DNA of 64,000 nucleotides. Origin: a virus (Duplodnaviria; Caudoviricetes). The notes under the pieces were generated by a model that was not told the origin of the DNA, did not search any database, and saw nothing but the letters and a program-made list of their open reading frames with translations. Below are positions 1 to 9,480 of this stretch, piece after piece; the stretch's first letter is position 1, and the number at the start of each line of letters is the position of its first letter. The position numbers and the translations under genes were made by a program. The stretch covers positions 6,658 to 70,657 of IMG/VR virus record IMGVR_UViG_3300014969_000018; one strand, 5' to 3'.

Positions 1-442
1 GCAGATGCGTCGTGTGCCAGATCGCGCCCTGAAAGAGCAAAGCCGGATTGGCCGAAACCTCGACATACCCGTACAACGGGTAGGCATACCCCTGCGCAGA
101 TCCGATACGGATGTAGTAGCTCTCGGCACCGCCTCCTGCAGCCTGCCCCCCAACACCAAACCCCACTGGGTTCGTCCAAGTATAGTACTGCGTCCACGCA
201 TAGCTCCCATTGCCTCCAACCCAGCCAGCACTGACCAGAAACTGCATGATCAGATTGGTATCAACCGTCACCATGACCAGATTTTTAATGTCGAACAGGT
301 ACACATCGTACTCGGACGAGAACCCCGTCACGAACTCTATCGTCGCCGGATCGACCCCCGTTGGCGTCTGCGACTGCAGCAGCTTGCTGTGACCGAGCCT
401 GACGATCTCTGTGTAGATGTCCCCTGCAGGTTTGGCCGCCAT
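1..442 (-). CDS. Tail/fibre-associated protein, third tandem paralogue; runs off the window edge and is absent from the ORF track
   Basis: ATG at 442 overlaps the upstream stop (TGATG). My translation MAAKPAGDIYTEIVRLGHSKLLQSQ...EFVTGFSSEYDVYLFDIKNL stays open to base 1 and resembles the two upstream genes. Confidence 0.7.
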   Translation of the reverse strand, partial: MAAKPAGDIYTEIVRLGHSKLLQSQTPTGVDPATIEFVTGFSSEYDVYLFDIKNLVMVTVDTNLIMQFLVSAGWVGGNGSYAWTQYYTWTNPVGFGVGGQAAGGGAESYYIRIGSAQGYAYPLYGYVEVSANPALLFQGAIWHTTHL

Positions 443-1014
443 CACGCACCATTCCTCAAGCCGTAGAGCGTGATGACGCCGCCGTAGATGAGCCCAGCAC
501 TAAACCCAAACCTCACCCCCCTGATGAACGGAAAACTAAGATCACCGCCCCCGCCAAACGTCTGGCCGATGACAGACCATGTCGTCTGAAAGTTGAACAG
601 CTTCACTCCATTGGCCGCAGAGCCAACTGTTCCGGGATTGAAGCCGACATAGCCGGTGACCCCCCTATAGGGGGACAGCCCCGTGTCGTTCTGTATCCAG
701 TTTGTGGCTCCCCCCAGCGAGATATTGCCGTAGGCGTTGAACACACCACCTGCAACATACGTGCCTATTTGCCAGTGCAGCCCAGTTGAGACGAGGGTCG
801 CTCCATCTTCGCTGACCTGAATGATGAACACACTTCCTGTGTCTGGCATCAGGCCCTCAAGCTGAAACACATACGAGCTATAGTCGTTGACAACCGCATC
901 AGCGAACGGCGCGAAGAAATCTATCGCCGCAGAGTTGGAAGCCGCCTGCCGCATCAGCAGCTTGGCGAAGCCGTTCTTGATGGTTTCCTCGTATAGACTG
1001 GAGGCGACTGCCAT
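442..1014 (-). CDS. Tail/fibre-associated protein, second paralogue
   Basis: Start trimmed to MAVASSLYEETIKNGFAKLL. Beta-rich, ends GGVITLYGLRNGA, coupled to its neighbours. Confidence 0.7.
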   Translation of the reverse strand: MAVASSLYEETIKNGFAKLLMRQAASNSAAIDFFAPFADAVVNDYSSYVFQLEGLMPDTGSVFIIQVSEDGATLVSTGLHWQIGTYVAGGVFNAYGNISLGGATNWIQNDTGLSPYRGVTGYVGFNPGTVGSAANGVKLFNFQTTWSVIGQTFGGGGDLSFPFIRGVRFGFSAGLIYGGVITLYGLRNGA

Positions 1015-1016
1015 GG

Positions 1017-1571
1017 TCACATCGCTCCCGTCTTCAGGCCGTACATTCGGATCGAACCTCCCGTCCAAACACCCGAATTGGGATAGAACCGCACAGCATC
1101 TGCCCCCGGATGATTGTCGGCATACCCACAGCCATTGAAGGTGTTGCAATAGGCGGAAGAACCTGTCTGGCTGTGCTGAACCAAGATGGCAGCGAACTGC
1201 GCAGGACCGAAGTACATGCGAACCCGGCCACTCATGGGGTTAGCTCCCCCTGTGAAGTTGCCATGCAGCGCAATGATGGCAGGGCTGCTGTTGTTGCCCG
1301 TCACGCTCACAGGAGAGATCGAACTGATGACAGTGCCGGAATATCTGTAGTTGATAGTAGACCAGCTTCCACCAGTGCCAATCTCAACCAGAGGAGTGGC
1401 GTTGACAGATGTCGTCAGCTTGTCGAGATCGAACCAGAACGTGCCGTATGTGCTGATTGGGATCGAGGTGAAGGCCAGTATTGCGGTGCTGGGTCCACTG
1501 GTATTGACCGTGAGCAGCTTGGCAAAGCCGTTCCTGATGGTTTCGTCATAGATAGTTTGGGCAACGGGCAT
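1017..1571 (-). CDS. Tail/fibre-associated protein, first paralogue
   Basis: Start trimmed to ATG 1571 (TAATG overlap): MPVAQTIYDETIRNGFAKLL...GGSIRMYGLKTGAM. Confidence 0.7.
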   Translation of the reverse strand: MPVAQTIYDETIRNGFAKLLTVNTSGPSTAILAFTSIPISTYGTFWFDLDKLTTSVNATPLVEIGTGGSWSTINYRYSGTVISSISPVSVTGNNSSPAIIALHGNFTGGANPMSGRVRMYFGPAQFAAILVQHSQTGSSAYCNTFNGCGYADNHPGADAVRFYPNSGVWTGGSIRMYGLKTGAM

Positions 1572-2548
1572 TACAGCGTCGTCCCCATGAAGAACGTGCC
1601 CAGCGCAGCAGCGGATGCGTTGATGGCGTAGGTGTTCCCGGCAGTAACGCCATAAGCAAACACCTCGTAGTAATCCGTTCCATTGCAAGCATCCATGATA
1701 GTGATGAACACACCGGACGATGCCTCAGACACGCAGGAACCGCAAACATGCCGGAACAGCACGCCGTTCTTGTAGATGCTGATGAAGATCTGCGTACCAA
1801 TCAGCAATCCAGTGTTGGCAGCAGCAACGCTGAAGTACACACCGGCACTAAGCTGGCAACGCCCTGCAGGCGGCGTCCAGCGATGCGTAGTGGTGTTGAA
1901 CAACGAAGAGTCGTTATAGACGACACTCGCGAACTGCACCTTCGTCCAAACCTGAGTCACCACCCCAGTCTGGTCGGCGCTCGGATAGGCACTGAACCCA
2001 ATCTTGGCAGGACCGCTATTCGCCTTCACGAACGCCGTGGTCGCAATCTTGGTGGTGTTGTCGCCAACAGTCGGCGTGACCGCAACCGAGCCGGTCGGCA
2101 AATCCACCGGGGAACCGAAGTAGATCGTGTTCCCTAATGGATTATTCGTGACCGAACTGTACCCAACATTCGCCGTGAAATTTATGAACGTGTTGCTGCT
2201 CGGCGCACCTACAGCGGAAAGACATGGCCGCCCGAAGCTTGCACTGTACAACGTGACCCCGGAATTGCCCTTGGATGTGATCACGATGCCAATGTCGGCA
2301 TGGGCACCTTGAGCAATGATCTGCCCCTGATTGGCCGCACCATCAAGACGCAGACCATCTGTCCCCGCAGGCGGGGTAATGTTGAGCGCACCAGTCATGG
2401 TGTCGCCCGCCCTCAACACATAAGGAACGGCGGCACCACCACCATAAAGCTCGGTGAAGTTGGCGTTACACTTGGTGAATGAAGCCTTGAGGGTATCGCC
2501 CGTACCGTCGTTAGGCGCGGTGCCTACGTTGATGGTCTGCTGGGCCAT
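1571..2548 (-). CDS. Tail fibre/spike with C-terminal C1q/TNF-like head
   Basis: N-terminal QQTINVGTAPNDGTGDTLKASFTKCNANFTEL motif, fibre repeat TKIATTAFV, C-terminal FSAY...KVQFASVVYN...YFSV...KNG...DYYEVF pattern. Confidence 0.7.
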   Translation of the reverse strand: MAQQTINVGTAPNDGTGDTLKASFTKCNANFTELYGGGAAVPYVLRAGDTMTGALNITPPAGTDGLRLDGAANQGQIIAQGAHADIGIVITSKGNSGVTLYSASFGRPCLSAVGAPSSNTFINFTANVGYSSVTNNPLGNTIYFGSPVDLPTGSVAVTPTVGDNTTKIATTAFVKANSGPAKIGFSAYPSADQTGVVTQVWTKVQFASVVYNDSSLFNTTTHRWTPPAGRCQLSAGVYFSVAAANTGLLIGTQIFISIYKNGVLFRHVCGSCVSEASSGVFITIMDACNGTDYYEVFAYGVTAGNTYAINASAAALGTFFMGTTL

Positions 2549-2550
2549 GT

Positions 2551-2727
2551 CTAACCACCGAACCTGTCCTCGGGGTCAATCGCCTGCATTGTGCCGGTGA
2601 TCGGCGGGGGCACCTCGCGACCATGCTTGCGATGCAACTCCGCTACCGCCCTCTCGATGTCCTCGAACTTCGCGCCGACACTTGCGTTGAGCAGCGCCGT
2701 AAGCTCTTCCTGAAAGCTAAGTGGCAT
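2551..2727 (-). CDS. Small hypothetical protein
   Basis: MPLSFQEEL start; fills the gap between fibre-module genes. Confidence 0.45.
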   Translation of the reverse strand: MPLSFQEELTALLNASVGAKFEDIERAVAELHRKHGREVPPPITGTMQAIDPEDRFGG

Positions 2728-3097
2728 GCGTGATCGTTCCGCTCGTGAGCGTGACCGTCTGACCACTGGAGATCGAGGTGTTGTTCAGATTGATGTCGCC
2801 GCCAGATGGAGCCGCCACTGTGAGGTTGTTCACCTTGGTGGTGCCGCCGCCATCCTTGATACGAGCAACCGCCGCCGTGCCAGTGTTGGACGCCACGCCC
2901 GACTTGGGCGCACCAGCCATGGTGATCACCCCGCCACTCTCGGTGAAGCTCGGGTCGGCGAAGACGACGGTCACCAGCACTGTGGCATAGGACGCACTGC
3001 AGATCTCCATGAACGCAGGCGAGGCATTGGCATCGATCTGCAGGATCGTGGCCGCCATCCGCGCGGACTTGGTGGGAGTGTCATAGTTTACGGCCAT
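2717..3097 (-). CDS. Virion structural protein (tail-associated)
   Basis: 126 aa, Thr/Gly/Ala beta-rich (NLNNTSISSGQTVTLTSGTITH), located in the fibre module. Confidence 0.65.
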   Translation of the reverse strand: MAVNYDTPTKSARMAATILQIDANASPAFMEICSASYATVLVTVVFADPSFTESGGVITMAGAPKSGVASNTGTAAVARIKDGGGTTKVNNLTVAAPSGGDINLNNTSISSGQTVTLTSGTITHAT

Positions 3098-3383
3098 CTA
3101 ACCCTCGCTTCTTCAGATAGGCCTCAATAGTCGTGGCAGGCGCACCCTCAAGAACAAGAAGCCTCGCCTCATGGTCATAGAGCGCAGCCGCTGGCGGCGA
3201 GGGCGGATAAGGCTGATCTAGCGGAATCGTCGCAATCACATTGTTACCGGCATCGATCTGCGCCTGTGTCGCACCGGGACCGGGCTCGAACGACCATGTC
3301 GCCCGCTCAGTCGCGCTCTCGCACTTTGCGCTCAGAGCGGGACAAACCTCGGAGATCGCATGATAGAGTGTTCCAGCGTCCAT
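3081..3383 (-). CDS. Hypothetical protein (possible fibre assembly factor)
   Basis: Start trimmed to MDAGTLYHAISEVCP; directly follows the long fibre gene. Confidence 0.55.
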   Translation of the reverse strand: MDAGTLYHAISEVCPALSAKCESATERATWSFEPGPGATQAQIDAGNNVIATIPLDQPYPPSPPAAALYDHEARLLVLEGAPATTIEAYLKKRGLDGRKL

Positions 3384-3390
3384 GATCGCC

Positions 3391-4932
3391 TCACATCCTG
3401 AAGGTAAACTGCAGGCCCTCGCCCAGCAGCGCGCCACCGTTGACCGTGCCGTCACCCCAGATCGAGCCACCAGCAGCAGCCACCCACTCCGTCGCCTGAA
3501 TGAAGTGATGCCCAATCTGCGCCGGATAGACGTTGGCCGCTCCCAGCGTGGTGGTGAAGCTGCTCTGTCCAGCCCAGCCGCTGGGACCGGTGTTCACGTT
3601 CGTCACGTCATATCCCATGCCGATGACGATGCTCAGGCTGGTTCCTGATACCTGCGGCACCCAAACCGAGGCCTGACAAGCATCCTCGGCAAACCCAGAG
3701 ATGAAGCTCACGCGATTGCCGACAGAGCTATTTAACGGACGAGGTACAACCCCGGTGCTCGCAGCAGGTGCCCAAGAAGTCGTGGTGTCAGACACTTGCG
3801 TCCACACATCCACGCGGTTGTAAGCGTTCCACACATAGAGATATGCCGGGACACCACCCAATCCCTTGCCACCTTGAACCCACTTCAGTTGCGAGGCCGC
3901 ATCAGTGCGCGTGGTGCCGACATAGGTTCCACGCTGTGCGGCTGGCCCATTGGTGATCGCAGCATTGTTCACGTTGATGCCGTTGACCCGCGACAGCGCC
4001 GTGCCAGCCGAACGACTGAGGTCGTCCGTCCATGCAGGCCCGTGACCGAGCCGCACAACTGGCGTAGCCGGAACAGTCGAGTCCAGCCACACGAACCAAT
4101 CATTCATCTGGTTAGGACCAAGCGGGGCAGGGTTCTTGGTGTTGTCGAGCGTGGACCCAATCAACTCGGTGAACTGGGTCATCTGAATGGTGGTGCCATC
4201 CCAGATCGGGATGCGGTTGCCGATGTAGGGCGTATAGAAGATCGAAGTCACGCCCGTGGTGTTGGTAATCATCACCGGGGTGACGTTCTGAAGAGTCAGC
4301 CGCCCCTGCGGAATTGCCTGATAGAGCGGGCTGGCGGGGATAACGCCGGGACCGGGATTGGTAATGCCACCCAGCACAGACGTGACCCAAGCCGTTGTCG
4401 CAAGGCTGGTGTCGTTGTCAGTAAGCAACAATGTCGCATTCGACCTTGGATCACCCGTGAACACTGGCGAGGCTAGCGGCGCATAGGCCGCCAGATCAGG
4501 ACCAGCCGGGGGCGGAACAATCGCGCTGATCTGGGCGAAGTTGCGCTTCACCCACGCCGTGGTCGGAATGCTCAGATCGTTGTCCGCATCCGCTGGCGTC
4601 ACACCGCGCGGATCGCCCGTGAACAACGGCGAGTTAATCGGCGCATAGGTAGCAGCAGCAAGCGTCTTGACCGCATTATCCGCCGCCGTCACAAACGCCG
4701 TGTTCGCCGCACTGAGATCAGCGTCACCGGGAAGCGCAGTCGGAACCTGCGGATCACCAGTGAAATGCGGATCGTTGATCGGCGCAACCGGGATCGGGTT
4801 GCCACCCGTATCCCTCGGGATAAGCGTGTACAGTTCAGCAAAGTTGGCGTTGACCTTGATGAACGCAGTGCGTAGCGGATCGCCAGTCCCGTCGTTCGCT
4901 ACCGTACCGACATTGATGACTTGCTGGGCCAT
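3391..4932 (-). CDS. Tail fibre protein
   Basis: N-terminal QQVINVGTVANDGTGDPLRTAFIKVNANFAEL and three AP(I/L)xxPxFTGDP...TxxV fibre repeats. Confidence 0.8.
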   Translation of the reverse strand: MAQQVINVGTVANDGTGDPLRTAFIKVNANFAELYTLIPRDTGGNPIPVAPINDPHFTGDPQVPTALPGDADLSAANTAFVTAADNAVKTLAAATYAPINSPLFTGDPRGVTPADADNDLSIPTTAWVKRNFAQISAIVPPPAGPDLAAYAPLASPVFTGDPRSNATLLLTDNDTSLATTAWVTSVLGGITNPGPGVIPASPLYQAIPQGRLTLQNVTPVMITNTTGVTSIFYTPYIGNRIPIWDGTTIQMTQFTELIGSTLDNTKNPAPLGPNQMNDWFVWLDSTVPATPVVRLGHGPAWTDDLSRSAGTALSRVNGINVNNAAITNGPAAQRGTYVGTTRTDAASQLKWVQGGKGLGGVPAYLYVWNAYNRVDVWTQVSDTTTSWAPAASTGVVPRPLNSSVGNRVSFISGFAEDACQASVWVPQVSGTSLSIVIGMGYDVTNVNTGPSGWAGQSSFTTTLGAANVYPAQIGHHFIQATEWVAAAGGSIWGDGTVNGGALLGEGLQFTFRM

Positions 4933-4943
4933 TGCTCCACCCG

Positions 4944-5801
4944 CTAGGTTATGTTGTCAGTACGGACAGTCGAGATGTCCGCTTTGACCGTTGGAACGTC
5001 CGCTGCGTAGAGATAGTCGGGATAGGCGTTCACGCTCACCTGCGGCGTCATCCCATTGGCGGCATCTTTCTTGATCGTGTCCGCCGTGTTGCCATCCGTG
5101 TAGATCCACGGGAACGGCGACATGTCCGCCGTCCAGAGCGTGGTGTCCGTCTCCTCCCACGTCGTACCCGCATAGTGCGGGGGCTCCGCCAGCGGGAACA
5201 CATCCGTGGTCGGAGACATCGTGTCCGCCGTGATCAGCGTGGTGTCCGTGGTGTTGTCGTAGGCGTAGAGCGGCCCCGCGTCCGCCGTGGTGGTGTCGGT
5301 GTCAGCCGTCGCCTGCGTGTTGTCGCCCGTCGCAACAGGCGGCTCAATCGGCGGCTGCGGATTGACTATTGGACCCGGAGGGATCGGAACCGACCAGCCG
5401 TCCTTGTAGGTGCGCGTGTCGCACGTCGCACCCGTATCCGCCGTGATGTCATCGAACGCATCGACCGGCGGGAACATCACGCTCTTGAGATCGGCCTTGA
5501 AGACTGCCGTCGCCCCATCGGCGCGAGGCTTGAACACATGGCAGTGCACAGGCTCAGACCGGGGATTGAGGACCGGCACAGGATCTGGCGGCAGCACGAT
5601 GGGACGCAGAGTAGGATTGGGCCGGTCGTTGCACGCCTCGCACACCAAGAACCCGGTGCGCTTGATGAAGCGCCCCATGTACTGGCTGTCCCATACCAGA
5701 TCACGGTGGTTGTACATGAAGCCGCAACGGTCGCAGATCGCGAACGCCGCCGGTCGCTGCGGGTCTACCTTGGCGTGCCCTTTGGGTGCGAAGCTCCCCA
5801 T
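4944..5801 (-). CDS. Neck/tail protein with N-terminal CxxC...CxxC zinc finger and TAD-rich C-terminus
   Basis: MGSFAPKGH...ICDRCGF...VCEACND, repeated TAD motifs; start overlaps the adaptor stop. Confidence 0.65.
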   Translation of the reverse strand: MGSFAPKGHAKVDPQRPAAFAICDRCGFMYNHRDLVWDSQYMGRFIKRTGFLVCEACNDRPNPTLRPIVLPPDPVPVLNPRSEPVHCHVFKPRADGATAVFKADLKSVMFPPVDAFDDITADTGATCDTRTYKDGWSVPIPPGPIVNPQPPIEPPVATGDNTQATADTDTTTADAGPLYAYDNTTDTTLITADTMSPTTDVFPLAEPPHYAGTTWEETDTTLWTADMSPFPWIYTDGNTADTIKKDAANGMTPQVSVNAYPDYLYAADVPTVKADISTVRTDNIT

Positions 5802-6583
5802 CAGTACACCGATGAGGTGTAGGTGGCCAAAGCAGGCACGATGCGCAGTGGCGAGTCTTCCACATCGCGCTCCGCAGCCTGCCTGAACGTGGACACTGCC
5901 CGTGCAGCTAGCTCCTCCATCCGGGCAGGAGCCCAGATCTCGGCGCACTTGAACGCCAACGACGCCACGTAAGCCTCAAGGAAATGCCTCGGCACATCCG
6001 CCTGCGCCCCATCCCCGATAACCGCATCCTGCAGATGGCGCGCGCGGTAGTAGTGCAGCACGTACTTCTGATGATCGTCTGGCACCTGCCAGAGCGTGAT
6101 CGAGGGACCAACCTGCTTGTTGAACCAGTAGACCGAGGGCGGCCCCACATCGTTCTTCTTGGGGAAGCTCCCGAAGGTGTCGCGATCAACCGAGGTCAGG
6201 ATCCGGTCCTGCTGGTGTGCCCACTCGGTCGAATCCACAGTCGGCAGGATCCATTCATCCGCATCGATGCTCATGCTATCGACAGTGATGTCCTGCTGAC
6301 CGGTGGTGATATAGGTCGCCATGATCATGATGGTGGTCGGATCCACGTTATACGTGGACTGCCCCGCAACCAGCGGCACACTGACCAGTTCCACCGTCCA
6401 GAGATTGACCTGCTCATTCGCCCACTCCAACTGGAGCAGGTTCGCCGCCATCGCCGCATCCTGAAGATGATCGACGGTAAGCTCGTTGCGCCGGATCTGG
6501 CACCGCCCATAGGCCGTGATGATCAGGTCAGAGAGCGCGGGGCTCCATGAGAATTGACCGCTGGCGCTGATCCCCGTCGTCAT
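5801..6583 (-). CDS. Head-tail adaptor (tail tubular protein A-like)
   Basis: 260 aa; LLQLEWAN...LWTVE...VPLVAGQSTY...GPPSVYWF...ITLWQVPD...LHYYR; positioned after the capsid genes. Confidence 0.7.
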   Translation of the reverse strand: MTTGISASGQFSWSPALSDLIITAYGRCQIRRNELTVDHLQDAAMAANLLQLEWANEQVNLWTVELVSVPLVAGQSTYNVDPTTIMIMATYITTGQQDITVDSMSIDADEWILPTVDSTEWAHQQDRILTSVDRDTFGSFPKKNDVGPPSVYWFNKQVGPSITLWQVPDDHQKYVLHYYRARHLQDAVIGDGAQADVPRHFLEAYVASLAFKCAEIWAPARMEELAARAVSTFRQAAERDVEDSPLRIVPALATYTSSVY

Positions 6584-6942
6584 TTGCTGTTCCTCGCCTT
6601 GGTCTTCTTCTTTGGCGCAGGAGCACTCTCCACAGCAGAAGTGCCAGTCGCAGCAGGAACGCTCTCCCTCAACACAGTGCCGGTGACAAAGACAGGAATA
6701 GGATCAGACGGATTAACCGGCGGCGTACCGGTCGCATAGACGATAGGGATCGGCTGAGTTGGCGCGCGAGGATATCCGGCAGCTACCTCAACAACCCGCT
6801 GCGCGGCACCGGGGCCGACCTTGACCGAACCGTCAGTTATAATGACGACAGGAATCGCCGATATAGGGGCCAGCTTGCCGCTTCCCGTAACGACCGACAT
6901 CGCGTTCATTGGAAAGATCGCCATAGCCCTCATTCTCGTCAT
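6580..6942 (-). CDS. Hypothetical structural-module protein
   Basis: In-operon ORF; IPVV/IPVFV repeats. Confidence 0.55.
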   Translation of the reverse strand: MTRMRAMAIFPMNAMSVVTGSGKLAPISAIPVVIITDGSVKVGPGAAQRVVEVAAGYPRAPTQPIPIVYATGTPPVNPSDPIPVFVTGTVLRESVPAATGTSAVESAPAPKKKTKARNSK

Positions 6943-7030
6943 TGTGCGGAGAGGCTGAGTAATCGCTGTGTCGGAGGACGGTTCCCAGCTTCACTCAACC
7001 TCTCCTACCCCGCGTGGTGAGCAGGGATCT

Positions 7031-7378
7031 CTAAGCCTTGCCGCCAATCTTCTTGATGCCGCCCTTCACCACAGGCTCCATATCATCCGCGTCCTGCAGC
7101 AGCTTCTTGTTTGGCGGCCCCTTCGGGAACCCCGCCTTCATGTCTCCCGCGTCAGCGCCAGTCTTGCCGCGCACGAAACCGCCGCTGCGGAAGTGTCCCG
7201 CACGGTCGGGCCGCTTGTTCGAGGTTTCCCCAGTCACCTTGGAATGGAACGTATTCGAGGTGACGTACTTGGGACCGCGCGATTTCTTCGGTGGCTCGCC
7301 GCCCTTGTACAGGACGTTCTCGCCCACGAACTCGTCACGCAGATCCCGAGGTGAGTTCCCGATGGGGCCTTTTGCCAT
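7031..7378 (-). CDS. Basic small protein with FRSGGFV motif (possible internal virion protein)
   Basis: Lys/Gly-rich ORF; carries the xxGGxV motif found in the ejection proteins. Confidence 0.6.
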   Translation of the reverse strand: MAKGPIGNSPRDLRDEFVGENVLYKGGEPPKKSRGPKYVTSNTFHSKVTGETSNKRPDRAGHFRSGGFVRGKTGADAGDMKAGFPKGPPNKKLLQDADDMEPVVKGGIKKIGGKA

Positions 7379-7390
7379 TCAGGACACCCC

Positions 7391-7906
7391 TCAATTATCA
7401 GCCCATGTGATGGTGAACGTCGCACCAGTACCGGCACCGCCGGTCACGGACTGCGCAGGCGCTGGTCCGGGCTTCACAGCATTACCGGGATTGACGATGG
7501 ACACGGCGGAGATGATGCCGCCCGCCGCCGTCGTGACCCGAAGAACGACGGGGCCAGTGTTGGCAGGCAGAGTGAGAGTGTCACCGACATTGTAGCCGGT
7601 GCCACCCGCCGTCACCGCCACTGACGAGGCTTTCTGCGTCAGCGAGGTCACGTCCGTTGCGCCGTCAATGTCGTCCTGAATGCCGGTCGGCGTGCAGAAC
7701 GGCCCAGACGCAGGCCTCAGAGCAGGGTTCTCCAGAAACGGAACAGTGATCACTCCAAGATACGCACCAGTCTGAGCATTGAACGTGCCCAGATTGAAGC
7801 TGGTGTAGCTGATGCGCTTGGTGACAATCGCCGCTTGCGGACGCCGCGTCGGATCCGCGAAGTACCACACAGTCGTTCCGACCTGCGGAAGCATATGCCT
7901 CGGCAT
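7391..7906 (-). CDS. Structural protein with C-terminal beta/Ig-like repeat
   Basis: AVTAGGTGYNVGDTLT...GTGATFTITW; immediately downstream of the major capsid gene. Confidence 0.6.
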   Translation of the reverse strand: MPRHMLPQVGTTVWYFADPTRRPQAAIVTKRISYTSFNLGTFNAQTGAYLGVITVPFLENPALRPASGPFCTPTGIQDDIDGATDVTSLTQKASSVAVTAGGTGYNVGDTLTLPANTGPVVLRVTTAAGGIISAVSIVNPGNAVKPGPAPAQSVTGGAGTGATFTITWADN

Positions 7907-7961
7907 TGGGCTTCTCCCTTTAACCTAACCTGCCGCTCTCAATCAGCCCCGGCAGGGCGAG

Positions 7962-8873
7962 CTACGAAACCGGGAACGTGCCGTATACCGCGCGCCAGTC
8001 GAAGTACGAGAACGCATAACGCTCACGGCCTTTGACCTTCAGGTTGTCAGTGTCGAAATCCACGTACATGTCCATCTCGAACGGCACGCGGTCGTAGTAG
8101 ATCAGCCCGCGCTTGTCGGTCTTGATGAACCAAGCGAAGTTCGAGGTCAGGAACTCGTTGACCATGTAGTCACGGAGACCACCACCCACATGCTTGATGG
8201 CGTTGACATCGTTGTCGTTGGTGCCGGGACGAAGTTCTGTACGAAGCAGTCTTACAGCGACTGGTTCCAACGCCGCTGGGACTATCAGAAGCTCGGCGCG
8301 CGCCACGATCTTGATGTTGCGCTCGTCCACCCACGTATTGCGGATGGTGGTCATCGCAGTGAGCAACGTGCTCTCGTTCAGGCTGACCTGTGTCGTGGGC
8401 ATGTTGCCCACGGTACCGGTGTCAATTGGATGCGCTGAGTCGAACAGCGCCTTGCCGTCACCGCCGACCGTCTGGTCGTAGACGTTGCCGGTGTTGAAGA
8501 TGTTGGCGGCGTAGATCTCCTTCGTGGTCGCGAAGACATCCTGCAGGCCGAGGTTCGATGGATTGAACTCGGCCTTGTACTGGTTGTCCTCGACGGCCTT
8601 CCGGGTGACCACGTAGCCGAGCGAAAGCTCCTTCATCTCGGCGCTGTACATCCAACGCTCACCTGCCCTCTCATCGAAGTAGGTGGAAGCGCCTTCGCCC
8701 TTCTCACGCGCGAGTGGCAGATAGGCCATCTGCGTGCGGCGTTCGAGCGCCATCTTGGATGATCGCTTCTCAAAGCAACGCGACCACTTGGTCTCGATCT
8801 TCTTGTAGCGCCCCTCGACCGCAGCCAAGCCGGGGAAAAGCTCGTTCTTGATTGATGCAAGATCAATAGCCAT
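7962..8873 (-). CDS. Major capsid protein (HK97 fold)
   Basis: 303 aa; follows scaffold and decoration genes; LIVPAALE...A.RLL...NDVN, NEFLTSNFAWFIKTD, KVKGRERYAFSYFDWRAVYG. Confidence 0.85.
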   Translation of the reverse strand: MAIDLASIKNELFPGLAAVEGRYKKIETKWSRCFEKRSSKMALERRTQMAYLPLAREKGEGASTYFDERAGERWMYSAEMKELSLGYVVTRKAVEDNQYKAEFNPSNLGLQDVFATTKEIYAANIFNTGNVYDQTVGGDGKALFDSAHPIDTGTVGNMPTTQVSLNESTLLTAMTTIRNTWVDERNIKIVARAELLIVPAALEPVAVRLLRTELRPGTNDNDVNAIKHVGGGLRDYMVNEFLTSNFAWFIKTDKRGLIYYDRVPFEMDMYVDFDTDNLKVKGRERYAFSYFDWRAVYGTFPVS

Positions 8874-8901
8874 GACTCATTCCCTTCCAGCTTGATCCGC
8901 G

Positions 8902-9480
8902 TTAGACGCCGACCATCTGACGATAAATGTGATCGTTCCACGCCACCTGCACGATGTTGAAAGCCGTGGTGGCGTCGTAGCCGTTGCCGACCATCGGCGC
9001 TGGATCGCCCAGCGCAATGACGCGGAACATGGCGGTCGCTGACGCCGCAGGCGCGGCCAGCGTCCACTTGGAGAAACCGGTGGTGGAGGCAACGACAGTG
9101 GGATTGGCAGTCATCCCGACATCGGCGATGAGGATGGGGCCAGCCGTGGCCTGCACCTCGAACACCACATTCGGGTCATCGATGATGAAGGCATCGACCT
9201 CACCGACCGCACCGGCACCGGGCCAGTAGTTCGACCAGATCGGATAACCGAGCGAGGCCTGCAGGTAGTGACAGCCGACAAAGATGCCGAGAGCAGAGTG
9301 ATCAGCTACCGTAGCGGGCGCGGCCTGCACATACCCGGACGGGAGCGCCTGCACCACGTCGCCGCGATTGAGCGCGGGCGCGTTGGTCAGCATCCTCCGG
9401 GTGTTGTGATTGCCGGTCCACGCTGCGCCATCGAGGCGCTTGATCGGGCGGAAACCGAACGCAGAATCAATGTTCGCCAT
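8902..9480 (-). CDS. Capsid decoration/auxiliary protein
   Basis: MANIDSAFGFRPIKRLDG..., GIFVGCHY, IIDDPNVVFEVQ; lies between scaffold and major capsid. Confidence 0.65.
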   Translation of the reverse strand: MANIDSAFGFRPIKRLDGAAWTGNHNTRRMLTNAPALNRGDVVQALPSGYVQAAPATVADHSALGIFVGCHYLQASLGYPIWSNYWPGAGAVGEVDAFIIDDPNVVFEVQATAGPILIADVGMTANPTVVASTTGFSKWTLAAPAASATAMFRVIALGDPAPMVGNGYDATTAFNIVQVAWNDHIYRQMVGV

